From positions 64,001 through 128,000 of the IMG/VR virus record IMGVR_UViG_3300020469_000008: DNA of 64,000 nt, one strand, 5' to 3'. Origin of the DNA: a virus (lineage: Duplodnaviria > Caudoviricetes). Positions 30,498 to 39,510 of this stretch are shown one piece after another. Both the position numbers and the translations under genes were made by a program. The notes beneath the pieces are model-generated. The model saw nothing but the letters and a program-made list of their open reading frames with translations. It ran no database searches and was not told where the DNA came from. How positions within the stretch are numbered: position 1 is the stretch's first letter; every line of letters starts with the position of its first letter.

Positions 30498-30724
30498 TGA
30501 GCGTTAAAAAGTTTATCACCGCAGATATAGCTATTGCAGCGTTTCTTATGATGAAAGGAATGAAATTAATTTCTGCAGCAAGAGAGCGCAACGGTAGGTT
30601 CCGATTTGAGTTCGCAGATCCTAACGATGAGGCTGATAAATTTGCTGTTGAATTTGTCAATTCGGAGTCAGCAAAATTTGATGCACACGTTAAAAATTTA
30701 AAAAATATTTTGTTCAAAAATTAA
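30497..30724 (+). CDS. Small conserved phage protein (DUF5659-like)
   Basis: FITADIAIAAFLMMKGMKL...GRFRFEF pattern. Confidence 0.55.
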   Translation: MSVKKFITADIAIAAFLMMKGMKLISAARERNGRFRFEFADPNDEADKFAVEFVNSESAKFDAHVKNLKNILFKN

Positions 30725-30749
30725 AGATCAAAAAATTAAAGATCAAAAA
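30721..30749. repeat. Direct repeat TTAAAGATCAAAAA x2
   Basis: Copies at 30721-30734 and 30736-30749, just upstream of GATATATA (30761-30768). Confidence 0.7.
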
Positions 30750-30885
30750 CCAAATTGGTAGATATATAACTTGGAAAACTCATAATAATTTAGGGTTAAG
30801 TATTTGAAGTTGTGTTTCGTTGTTAATAGTTATAGTTATAGTTAAAACATTCATTAAAAGCTATATTTAAAACAAGGAGAAAATA

Positions 30886-32880
30886 ATGGCTTCAAAAACA
30901 CAAATCAGACTGGGTCAAATTACAGGCTCATTCGGAGATAGAGAAGGTGGGATTATACAAACAAATGCCGCCTCGAGTGCTGCTAATTTAGCGGCGTATA
31001 CTGCTACATCTGGATCTTTTGTCGGCATCATGTCTGATATCGCATCTCAGCTGGTAAGAATTCACGGTGGCGATACTTTCGCCGGCGGTGCAACAAGTAC
31101 ATTAAAAGATATCGACGGTCACGCTCGTGTTACATACGCAAACGGTGCCGGCACTATTCTTGGTAGAGATGACGGAACAGAAATTCTTTCTGTTGCGGGT
31201 ACCGGTAATACATTAGGTCTTACAGGTTCATTTTTGCCAGAAGCAAACGGAACTCGTGACTTAGGTGGTTCATCATTACACTGGAGAACTTTGCATGTTG
31301 GACAAGTAGACGCTACAGGTGTTACGGGATCTTTGACAGATACTAGTATTGGTGCAAACCGCGTTGTTTTCGCTAACGCTGCAAACGCTCTAACAGGTGA
31401 TGCAAACCTTACTTTTGATGGAACAACACTTACGCTTGGTACATCACAAGACTTGACAGTTGGACGTAACGCAACTATTACTGGCAATTTAACAGTTAAT
31501 GGTACAACAACAACAGTTAACTCAACGACTGTTACAATTGATGATAGGTTCATCTTTCTAGCAGATGGCGCACAATCTACAAATACACCTGCTGGTATCG
31601 TTTTCTCATCTGGTTCGAACCAATCAGCTCGCCCGGACGTTTCATTCGCAAGAATTGGTAATGACCTTTGGGCACTTGGAACTGTTTCTTCACAAAGTGG
31701 TTCTGCTGCTAATTCAGTACCATCAAACTTTGATATCGGTTTCCGTGCACAAAAATTTGAATTAAAAACTGCGAACGATAACATAGCTCTTGCCACTTCA
31801 CTTGAAGGTACTGCTAATTCTTTAGAAATTACTTCAGGTGAATCTTTGGTTTTAGATTCTGGTAAGCACATTGACATAGACTTAGGTTCTTCTTCTAGAA
31901 ACCTTAGACTATATTCTGCAGAAAACGAGTTTGGTAAGTTTAACAGATCATCTAACGACTTAAGAATCTCTGGGTCGAAAGGAAATATCCAGCTTGACGC
32001 AGCACAAGGTACGACAAAGTTTCTTCACATGGGGAATCTCGGCGCAGAATTAGAGATTAAGTTGGATAAATCGCAATCGATTTTGTCAGCTTCTAACGCT
32101 AATGATTTAGTACTTGCAGGACAAACAAAAGTTGCTTTCATGGTTGAAAAGAATGACGTAGCTTCATTTAAGCAGGACGTAAGTCAGGTCATACTTTCAT
32201 CATCAGAAGGTCGCCAATTAGTTCTTGAGTCTAATTCTGATAAAATTAGATTTAAAGAAGCATCTGGTAACTTAAAGCTTGACTTCGATTTAAATGTTGA
32301 TGCTTCAACCGCAGCGATTGATATTGACGGTTATAGAATGCTCCAACTTGATGGTGGGGTTACTAGACACTTGACGATATCTGGTTCTCAAACAGAACTA
32401 AGAGGTGGTGCTGGCGCTCATAAATTGCAATTCTTTGATGCAGCAGAAAGTCATTATGTTGAATTAAAAGCACCTGCAATAACGAGTAATGTTGAATTGA
32501 TTCTTCCGGCTGCAGACGCAACCGTAAGTGGACAAGCATTGATATCTAACGCTTCTGGGCAGTTAAGCTTCGCTTCAGTCGGTGCTTCTGCAATTCAGAA
32601 AGGTGTCTTTGAGATTGGTAGCGCAGGTCATGCTGCTGATACGGCTTTGGCAATAAACTCTGGACAAGTTGCTGGATCTAACGCAGTTTCCGGCTTAGTT
32701 CAGTCAGACACACAAGGTTCAAAGCTTGATGTATATGTTAACGGTCAATTACTGCAATCAGGTTCTTCTGGTGCTAGAGCTGCTGATAACTGTGACTATT
32801 CAATTGAGTCTGGAACTCAAATCTCTTTCTCGTTTGCTTTAGAAGGGGGCGATGTAGTTCAAGTTATTAAGCGTGGTTAA
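30886..32880 (+). CDS. Tail/head fibre-like virion protein
   Basis: LTVNGTTTTVNSTTVTIDDRFI.L and C-terminal LDVYVNGQLL...DYS. Late motif and AAGGAG SD upstream. Confidence 0.7.
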   Translation: MASKTQIRLGQITGSFGDREGGIIQTNAASSAANLAAYTATSGSFVGIMSDIASQLVRIHGGDTFAGGATSTLKDIDGHARVTYANGAGTILGRDDGTEILSVAGTGNTLGLTGSFLPEANGTRDLGGSSLHWRTLHVGQVDATGVTGSLTDTSIGANRVVFANAANALTGDANLTFDGTTLTLGTSQDLTVGRNATITGNLTVNGTTTTVNSTTVTIDDRFIFLADGAQSTNTPAGIVFSSGSNQSARPDVSFARIGNDLWALGTVSSQSGSAANSVPSNFDIGFRAQKFELKTANDNIALATSLEGTANSLEITSGESLVLDSGKHIDIDLGSSSRNLRLYSAENEFGKFNRSSNDLRISGSKGNIQLDAAQGTTKFLHMGNLGAELEIKLDKSQSILSASNANDLVLAGQTKVAFMVEKNDVASFKQDVSQVILSSSEGRQLVLESNSDKIRFKEASGNLKLDFDLNVDASTAAIDIDGYRMLQLDGGVTRHLTISGSQTELRGGAGAHKLQFFDAAESHYVELKAPAITSNVELILPAADATVSGQALISNASGQLSFASVGASAIQKGVFEIGSAGHAADTALAINSGQVAGSNAVSGLVQSDTQGSKLDVYVNGQLLQSGSSGARAADNCDYSIESGTQISFSFALEGGDVVQVIKRG

Positions 32881-32913
32881 TTCGTTAACTAAGTAAAATA
32901 ACACAATAAACTT

Positions 32914-32946
32914 GAGAGGGATATTTACTATCCCTCTCTTTTTTTT
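32914..32946 (+). terminator. Intrinsic terminator
   Basis: GAGAGGGATA-tttac-TATCCCTCTC followed by T8. Confidence 0.9.
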
Positions 32947-32972
32947 ATAATTAATTTTGATTAGGAGGATAT

Positions 32973-33359
32973 ATGTCGATTAAAAAATTTAAAAAAGCAA
33001 CAGAGCCTAAACTTGAAGCACAAACACTATTTCAATTAACACAAATGAAATCTTTTGTTGATGCAAGTTTAAAAAATTGTATTTCTCAAAATTTTGAAAA
33101 TGATTCACAAAAAATACAATACTTATTAGGCGTATTATATGATATTCGGGATTTTGTTTTGAGCCAAACAACCGAGAATTCTTTGAGAATTAATTTGTTA
33201 AATCAGTTTAATGAGATAGAGAACCAAACTAAGTTGGGAAACGATCCTTTAAATCTAGCGAAAGAATTGTCAAAGAAAACAGAAGAAAAATTGGAACAAA
33301 ACCCGAAGGAATTAGAAACAAACGAAGAGGAAGAAGTTGAAAGTACTACAGACAGCTAA
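32973..33359 (+). CDS. Hypothetical protein
   Basis: AGGAGG SD and TATAATTA at 32946-32953. Confidence 0.75.
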   Translation: MSIKKFKKATEPKLEAQTLFQLTQMKSFVDASLKNCISQNFENDSQKIQYLLGVLYDIRDFVLSQTTENSLRINLLNQFNEIENQTKLGNDPLNLAKELSKKTEEKLEQNPKELETNEEEEVESTTDS

Positions 33360-33756
33360 TTTAGGAAAAGGATATTCTGGAATTTCTGGTAGCATTAGAT
33401 ACGAAATTTACGACACGCTAGGCTCCGAGATAACAAGTGCAACAAACACAGGAATATACGAACTAGGATCAAGTACAGGTCTTTATGGTGTGGAATTAAA
33501 TCTTAATAATAGATTTAGTGGGTCAATAGTTTGGTCGGTAAACGGGAACACACGTGTTTACGCAACAGAAGAAATTAAAATGGATCAGAAGATGGCACGC
33601 TTCATTCACACAGGCCGGTGGCAAATTGATGAAAACAACAATCAGATGATATTCTATGAAGACGACAATGTCACAGAAATTGCTAGATACGATCTTAAGG
33701 ATAGAAATGGAAGTGCTTCAATAACTGAGATTTTTGAAAGAACTCGAGTTAGTTAA
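33337..33756 (+). CDS. Hypothetical (probable virion) protein
   Basis: Beta-rich. It ends ARYDLKD.NG...IFERT and is translationally coupled to its neighbours. Confidence 0.7.
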   Translation: MKVLQTANLGKGYSGISGSIRYEIYDTLGSEITSATNTGIYELGSSTGLYGVELNLNNRFSGSIVWSVNGNTRVYATEEIKMDQKMARFIHTGRWQIDENNNQMIFYEDDNVTEIARYDLKDRNGSASITEIFERTRVS

Positions 33757-34139
33757 TGGCAGTCACTTCTCGCCCGGGCGGTTTGCTTGTTACAAGAGGG
33801 CTTGGAGGTGCTCCAACTCACTTGTTAGTCCGCGGATTTTTACCCACAGTAGCAGTCGCAGCTGTAGAAGCAGTTAGAGGTGCAGTAAGACGAGGACGCA
33901 AGGCAAAACAACAATTAGAGGAATTTCTTGAAGAACTTAAAGTAACTGTAGCTTTAGTTGCAATTAATGGAAAAGATCTTGTCAAACCGATAATTAATAC
34001 AGTTAGGTCAACTTATAAAGATGAACCTACACCTGAAATCCAGGTGACACCTACAAAGCTGGCTGTAAGACAACCAGAAATTAAGGTGAAAGTAACACAC
34101 GTGAGGAACAAAGATGTCGACAATCGAATTGATGATTGA
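33756..34139 (+). CDS. Hypothetical protein
   Basis: Coupled TAATG junction and an LLVTRGLG..LLVRGF N-terminus. Confidence 0.7.
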   Translation: MAVTSRPGGLLVTRGLGGAPTHLLVRGFLPTVAVAAVEAVRGAVRRGRKAKQQLEEFLEELKVTVALVAINGKDLVKPIINTVRSTYKDEPTPEIQVTPTKLAVRQPEIKVKVTHVRNKDVDNRIDD

Positions 34140-34602
34140 TGAAGAAAACGAGTTAACCTTTCAAGTACAAGTTGAAGGTACACGACCAGGAACAGCAAAA
34201 TGCAGATTGATGTTAGAATCAAAAAACATGATGTTAGCTTTTGAAGGACAAAGCACGGGGGATGAAGTTGCTGTTACTTTACCTCCATTAGATCACATTA
34301 TAAAGGAGGGAATCTACGATATGACTTTAGAAGTCGTCGTAGATGATCGATTTTTTGAACCTCTTAAATTGCAAGGTGCATTTGAAAAGAGACTTAAGGT
34401 GACTGCAGAAGCAGTGACAGTTAGATCAAAACCAAAAGTTAAAACATCAGCTTCTCTCGTAGAGGTTAATAGCAAAAATAAAACAGGAAGAGTCAGAGTA
34501 AATAATAGAAAAAGAGAAAGGGTCATTAAAGAAACTAAAGAAAAGTTAACAGACCAGGACATTAGGAATATAATTAAAAAGCTTGCAAAGGGAAGTAAAT
34601 GA
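34114..34602 (+). CDS. Hypothetical Ig-like virion protein
   Basis: Beta-strand pattern (LTFQVQVEG...YDMTLEVVVDDRFFEP) with a basic tail. Confidence 0.6.
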   Translation: MSTIELMIDEENELTFQVQVEGTRPGTAKCRLMLESKNMMLAFEGQSTGDEVAVTLPPLDHIIKEGIYDMTLEVVVDDRFFEPLKLQGAFEKRLKVTAEAVTVRSKPKVKTSASLVEVNSKNKTGRVRVNNRKRERVIKETKEKLTDQDIRNIIKKLAKGSK

Positions 34603-34826
34603 AATTATTAATTGTCTATTTTATTATCGGTTTTTTCTTAGCTTATTTACATAATCATCAATTATCTACAGTGAAAATGATTCCATCAAAAGTTGACTTA
34701 AAAATGAGAAATAAAATCAAAAAGAAGCAGAAACAACTTGAACTCTACATTAAAATGTGTCCAGTATGGCCGCTGTTACTTATAAAAGAATTATATGATG
34801 AAATACAAGAGAGAAGACAGGGTTAA
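34599..34826 (+). CDS. Small membrane protein
   Basis: Hydrophobic N-terminus and CPVWPLLL. Confidence 0.65.
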   Translation: MKLLIVYFIIGFFLAYLHNHQLSTVKMIPSKVDLKMRNKIKKKQKQLELYIKMCPVWPLLLIKELYDEIQERRQG

Positions 34827-35538
34827 GATACTTGAATACAAATTTATTTTTGAAGAAGAATTGCAAGTTAAAAATGAATATGAAGAAGGTAATGCAGATT
34901 TAAATTATCGACTTTCCTTTTTTAGAAAAAAATTACATGATCAAAAAGTGCCCCAAGAAGAAAAAGATCGCTATGATAAAACTTTTATGGGGAATGTAAG
35001 TAGTAATGATCCTCACATCACTGATATAACAACACCAGATACACCAGGATTGACGCAGAGTGCAAACAAAGCAAGTAATGATATAAAACCTTGGGCAAAA
35101 AAACTTTATCGTCAGATCGTAATGGTGACACACCCAGATAAAACTTTGGAAATACCATCAGAGCATTTAAGACAACAACTTACAAATCAATACAGGATTA
35201 CTCAGAATGCTTATAGTGAAGAATTATATAGTGATTTGCTGATGGTGGGTTTTGACTTGAATTTGTCATTGCCAGATAATGTCGTCGACGAAGAAATAAC
35301 ACCCACTAGTAACTTTAAAAAAGAAAATATTTCTAAAATAAAATCACTCATTGCTTGGCAGTGGTATCATGTACCACCTGAACAAAAAGACGCAGAGCTT
35401 AAAAAAATACTTGCGCATATGGGCTTTGAATTTAAAGACAGCGATGTCAAAAACGTTGTAAAAAGGCGATATGTCAAAAGAAAAACAGGAACCAGACCCC
35501 ATAATTTGAGACGTAATAGACGTAATTCTTTAAAATAG
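34795..35538 (+). CDS. J-domain-like (HPD motif) protein
   Basis: AKKLYRQIVMVTHPDKT is the helix II-HPD signature of DnaJ domains. Confidence 0.6.
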   Translation: MMKYKREDRVKILEYKFIFEEELQVKNEYEEGNADLNYRLSFFRKKLHDQKVPQEEKDRYDKTFMGNVSSNDPHITDITTPDTPGLTQSANKASNDIKPWAKKLYRQIVMVTHPDKTLEIPSEHLRQQLTNQYRITQNAYSEELYSDLLMVGFDLNLSLPDNVVDEEITPTSNFKKENISKIKSLIAWQWYHVPPEQKDAELKKILAHMGFEFKDSDVKNVVKRRYVKRKTGTRPHNLRRNRRNSLK

Positions 35539-35546
35539 TTAAAATT

Positions 35547-36458
35547 TTAAGCAGTTGCAGCATCAGCTGCTGCTGAAAATAACATTCCAGCCACATTTGA
35601 TGAACCTGGGAATATTAAATCAAAACCAGCTTTAGCAAAATCATTTGCAGCTTGTTTCGCAGCAGACTTGCCTTCTTTTACGTCCCCAGCTGTCTTTTGA
35701 ATATATTCTAACATTTCTGTATATAACTTTTCTGGAGCGTTTTCTAATTCTTTCTTTTGTCTTTTAAATTCTTTTTTAATTTCATCGAAAAAATTAGAGC
35801 TAATTACACCATCTGTTAATAGATCCAAAGCAACGCCTTCTTGTTTCATTGAGACTTTATTATCTTTGACTTCTATAAGCTCAGCAGCTAAATGCTGAAT
35901 CATTTCCTTTTCACCGTAATTCTTGATACCTAAATTAGCAGTTACTTCGGCAAACCCATCTTTACTATCAAAGTCTGAATCAGTTAAATCCATACCATAC
36001 TGTTTTACTCTTTTAGCTCTGTCACTATTTAGGTCGTCATACATCTTGCGCAAATTTCTTAATGCCCCTTCGACAGTACTTAAATTGTCAATTGTATTAA
36101 TTAATATTGCCGGTACTATTGAGTAAGCTGCAATAACAGCCGCGCCTAAACCAAAGGCACTCGCTCCGGCCGCTAAGCTTTCTCCAGACAAAAAACCGAT
36201 CTTTGATAATGCTCCACCGTATTTTGCAAGATAATCATCAAAATTACTAGTTGTAACTTTTTTAACTACGTCGTCCAGCACACTTAATGAGTTATTGAAA
36301 TCTGAGAGTATACTTTGGTCTGTAATTATGTCCTTCGCTACAAAATTAGCAAACTCACCTGATACTGACTTAAGCTCGTTAAGCATTTGGCTATTTCTTT
36401 TATTAGCAAATAGAAACTCTAGAATTATTGTATTGAGTTGTCTTTTTGAAATTTTCAT
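35547..36458 (-). CDS. Hypothetical protein with basic N-terminal tag (MKISKRQLNTIILE)
   Basis: ATG 36458 with GCGGAG SD, and GATATATA on the minus strand at 36489-36496. Confidence 0.8.
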   Translation of the reverse strand: MKISKRQLNTIILEFLFANKRNSQMLNELKSVSGEFANFVAKDIITDQSILSDFNNSLSVLDDVVKKVTTSNFDDYLAKYGGALSKIGFLSGESLAAGASAFGLGAAVIAAYSIVPAILINTIDNLSTVEGALRNLRKMYDDLNSDRAKRVKQYGMDLTDSDFDSKDGFAEVTANLGIKNYGEKEMIQHLAAELIEVKDNKVSMKQEGVALDLLTDGVISSNFFDEIKKEFKRQKKELENAPEKLYTEMLEYIQKTAGDVKEGKSAAKQAANDFAKAGFDLIFPGSSNVAGMLFSAAADAATA

Positions 36459-36514
36459 GTAAAACTCCGCCTTATTCGTTAATATTAATATATATCTTTT
36501 TAATTGGAAAATAA

Positions 36515-36928
36515 ATGTTAATTTCACCTTTTGGATTACTCCAAGAACAACTAAATAAAGATCCTTGGAAGATCTTTGTTTGTTGTATATTCTGCAACCT
36601 TACAAAAAGAAGAGCGTCAGAACCCTATTTTTGGAAGTTTCTACAGAAATGGCCAACGCCGCTAGCTGCTTCTGATCTAAATGAAAACGAGTTGAAAGAA
36701 TTAATTCAACCTTTAGGCTTAGTTGATAGGCGAACAAAGGCTTTAAAAAAGATGTCATCTGATTATTTAAAAAAAGACTGGGAAGACGATGCCACTAAAT
36801 TATATGGTATTGGTAAATATGGCTCAGATGCGTATAGAATATTCGTAAAAGAAGAATGGCGCGAAGTCATTCCTACTGATAGTGCACTTAAAAATTATAA
36901 ATCTTGGCTGGAGGAAATAAATGCCTGA
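36515..36928 (+). CDS. MBD4-like HhH DNA glycosylase (T:G/U:G mismatch type)
   Basis: SPFGLLQE....DPWK.....IF.N.T.........WKFL.K.P, LGL...R, L.GIGKYGSDAYRIF..EW..V.PTD..L..Y..WL aligns end to end with the eukaryotic MBD4 glycosylase domain as recalled. Confidence 0.85.
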   Translation: MLISPFGLLQEQLNKDPWKIFVCCIFCNLTKRRASEPYFWKFLQKWPTPLAASDLNENELKELIQPLGLVDRRTKALKKMSSDYLKKDWEDDATKLYGIGKYGSDAYRIFVKEEWREVIPTDSALKNYKSWLEEINA

Positions 36929-37727
36929 AGGACCCGAAGTAAAAACAACTGTTGATTTTTTAAAATCATATGAAGGAAATATTCTCACAAAACTAACAGT
37001 TTTGTCTGGAAGATACACCAAAAAGCCTATTGTCAACATTAACAACCCATCTTGGAGACTCCCTTTAAATTTAGAATCTGTAGACTGTAAAGGTAAGTTT
37101 ATATACTTTTGTTTGCAAGAAAATGTTTACTTTTTTAACACGTTAGGTATGACTGGTATGTGGTCAAATAGTGCATCGAATCATGCTCGAATCAAATTAG
37201 ATTTTGACGGTGAAGCAGCACCATTATATTATAATGATGTTAGAAATTTCGGTACTTTTAAAATCGCTTTGCTTAAAAAAGACTTAGACAAAAAGTTAAA
37301 ATCAATTGGACCTGACTTTCTTAAAGACGGCTGGGGCCCAAATTATTTTTATAGAATTCTTAAAAAGAATTCTCATAAAACAATAACAGAATTTTTAATG
37401 AATCAAAAAAATGTAAGTGGGATAGGCAACTACTTGAAAGCTGAATGTTTATATGAAGCAAAAATATCACCACATCGTTTTTGTGCCCATATAACATCAG
37501 AAGAGTCTGACAGGTTATTCCACGCTTGCAGGCGCATCATACAATTATCTTATAAAACGGGCGGCGCAACGATTCAGAACTATCGTAAGCCAAACGGAAA
37601 AAAAGGTTTGTACAGTCAGCGCTTTGCTGTGTATAATCAAAAAACTGCACCTTGTGGTAATAAAATTATTAAAGAAAAAACTCTTGATAAAAGGACCACA
37701 CATTGGGTGCCAGCCATTCAAAAGTAA
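36921..37727 (+). CDS. Fpg/Nei family DNA glycosylase/AP lyase (Nei-like, zincless finger)
   Basis: N-terminal MPEGPEV, KGKFIYF, LGMTG, Y.DVRNFG and the H2TH motif SGIGNYLKAE.LY. The C-terminal finger has only one Cys. Confidence 0.92.
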   Translation: MPEGPEVKTTVDFLKSYEGNILTKLTVLSGRYTKKPIVNINNPSWRLPLNLESVDCKGKFIYFCLQENVYFFNTLGMTGMWSNSASNHARIKLDFDGEAAPLYYNDVRNFGTFKIALLKKDLDKKLKSIGPDFLKDGWGPNYFYRILKKNSHKTITEFLMNQKNVSGIGNYLKAECLYEAKISPHRFCAHITSEESDRLFHACRRIIQLSYKTGGATIQNYRKPNGKKGLYSQRFAVYNQKTAPCGNKIIKEKTLDKRTTHWVPAIQK

Positions 37728-37736
37728 GGAGATATT

Positions 37737-37964
37737 ATGAATGAAAATGTAAAACTGAATGATAGCGTAATCGCACACTTTGTTAAACTTTTACAGTTAG
37801 GATTATTAACAGGTACAGATATTGTTGACCATTTTAGAATGGTTAGACTCACTGTAGAAGAGGATGAATTATTTCTCAACAAAGAATACGAAGAAAATCA
37901 AGAAGAAAACATCAACAAGATGCTCCAGCAAGTAACAGAGAATTCAGAAACACAGGAACAGTAA
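37737..37964 (+). CDS. Hypothetical protein
   Basis: AAGGAG SD, in operon. Confidence 0.75.
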   Translation: MNENVKLNDSVIAHFVKLLQLGLLTGTDIVDHFRMVRLTVEEDELFLNKEYEENQEENINKMLQQVTENSETQEQ

Positions 37965-38344
37965 TGAAAGAATGTAAACTTGAAGAAATGTTTAAATTAA
38001 GACTGTCTTTTATGAAAACTATGAAAGAGGTTATTCCAGGGTCATATCCAGATTTTCCTGTTGACATCTCAGAAAAAGCATCTCAGCAAGTTTGTCGTGA
38101 TTTAGCACTTAAAGGTGTTGAAGAAATGTTTGAAGCATTACAACATTTAAAAAACTGGAAACCACATCGTGTTACAAACATTGAGCATACACTTGATAGA
38201 GAAGAGTTCTTAGAAGAGATTGTCGATGCACTAAACTATTTCTTTGCGATGTTAATAGTAACTGGGTTTGATGAAAAAGAATTGTTTACTGCATATTTAA
38301 AAAAGGATGAGAAAATAAGACAACGTCTTACTAATGGTTACTGA
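37964..38344 (+). CDS. All-alpha NTP pyrophosphatase (dimeric dUTPase / T4 gp56 dCTPase / MazG-like)
   Basis: Acidic metal-binding helices VEEMFEAL....NWKPH and LEEIVDALNYF. Confidence 0.8.
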   Translation: MKECKLEEMFKLRLSFMKTMKEVIPGSYPDFPVDISEKASQQVCRDLALKGVEEMFEALQHLKNWKPHRVTNIEHTLDREEFLEEIVDALNYFFAMLIVTGFDEKELFTAYLKKDEKIRQRLTNGY

Positions 38345-38603
38345 GGTGGTAGTGGAATCAAACGTGACATTTAATGGTAAAAAAACAGATTTGTCCTTTG
38401 AGGAAATCAAAGTAAAGGTCGATCTGTATGGTTCTTTTTCAGGATCAATTAATGCAGGAAATACAATGTTTTTATTTAACAATGTAAAGTCTGAAGATTT
38501 TCAGTATTATGTAGATACCTTTAAAAAACATTTAAACCAACAAACCGAAGCTGAGGTGACCTTTGACATTCAAACAAATGCTATTGAAACAATTACAATA
38601 TAA
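38334..38603 (+). CDS. Hypothetical protein
   Basis: It fills the gap between the two pyrophosphatase-like genes. The exact start is uncertain. Confidence 0.55.
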   Translation: MVTEVVVESNVTFNGKKTDLSFEEIKVKVDLYGSFSGSINAGNTMFLFNNVKSEDFQYYVDTFKKHLNQQTEAEVTFDIQTNAIETITI

Positions 38604-39507
38604 CAAAAAAATTGTTGGCCCCGGTGATCAATTATCACAAGAATTAAAAGAGAAGATAACACAAGATAATGTACTATGTGCACACGCAGAACTAAGTGCG
38701 TTAGTAAATGCAACTAACTATAAAAACCACCATCAACATTCAGAACCCCTAGCTAATAGAAGAACTGTTTTGTATGAGACGGTTGATGTTATTAGATATA
38801 TGATGGCAACACTGAATACATGGGAGATAACATCCTCAGAGTTTGAAAGGGCTTTTGAGAAAAAGGATGTTTATCTTAATAAGCATTACGAGCTGCAGCA
38901 GAAAAAATGGACCGGACAACCTGTTGCAATTGTTGATATTGATGATGTTCTAGCTAATTTTCGAGTTGGTTTCTCTGATTGGCTGTATGAAAAATTTGGT
39001 GTAAGGGCAGATGTAGATTCTAAAGAATATTACTTTATCACAGCACTTTCAAAAATTAACCTTAACTCTGAATCTGTATTTAAGATGTTTCTTGACGACG
39101 AAGGATTTGCAAACTTAACTATAGACACTGACAATTTAGAAATTCTGTGGCAATTAAAGAATAGAGGATACTGGATTCATCTTCTAACAGCACGACCAGA
39201 AGAAGAACTCCAATGTTTGTATGACACGTATTTTTGGATCTGGCAACAAAATATTCCGTGTGATGCAATAAGCTTTTCACCTGAAAAGTTTAGATGGTGT
39301 GCTAAATCAAAATACTATGATGCAGGTGCAATTAAATTCGCAATTGATGATGCACCAAAACATGCTGAAGATTACGCAAAACACGGAATTAAATGTTTGG
39401 TACCTAATAAATCATATAACGAGCATTTAAGCCATCAAGATATCTTTCATTTTAATACTTATAGTCAAGCTATTTCCATTTTAAAGAGTGAAAATTTATT
39501 AAGGTGA
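38563..39507 (+). CDS. Fusion: degenerate all-alpha NTP-PPase domain + HAD 5'(3')-deoxyribonucleotidase
   Basis: N-terminal HAELSALV.ATNYKNH...LYETVDVIRY. C-terminal HAD motifs IVDIDDVL, LLTARP and FAIDD. TTG start with GAGGTG SD. Confidence 0.75.
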   Translation: MTFKQMLLKQLQYNKKIVGPGDQLSQELKEKITQDNVLCAHAELSALVNATNYKNHHQHSEPLANRRTVLYETVDVIRYMMATLNTWEITSSEFERAFEKKDVYLNKHYELQQKKWTGQPVAIVDIDDVLANFRVGFSDWLYEKFGVRADVDSKEYYFITALSKINLNSESVFKMFLDDEGFANLTIDTDNLEILWQLKNRGYWIHLLTARPEEELQCLYDTYFWIWQQNIPCDAISFSPEKFRWCAKSKYYDAGAIKFAIDDAPKHAEDYAKHGIKCLVPNKSYNEHLSHQDIFHFNTYSQAISILKSENLLR

Positions 39508-39510
39508 AGA

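Noticed and set aside
30721-30850. Possible CRISPR mini-array or origin iterons
   Set aside because: There are only two adjacent 14-nt copies with no spacers and no cas genes, which is too little to call.
31119-31877. 252-aa minus-strand ORF, and similar shadows (e.g. 920-1159, 16181-16576, 29774-30301, 42568-43052, 51191-51634)
   Set aside because: They lie wholly antisense to well-supported genes, show no SD or motifs, and are explained by the codon bias of the real gene. The poly-C/poly-L runs simply mirror the poly-Q tract.
36515-37727. Eukaryotic giant-virus (NCLDV) origin suggested by MBD4 and Nei-like genes
   Set aside because: The tail sheath/tube, baseplate, amidase, SD sequences, sigma70 promoters and intrinsic terminators indicate a bacteriophage.
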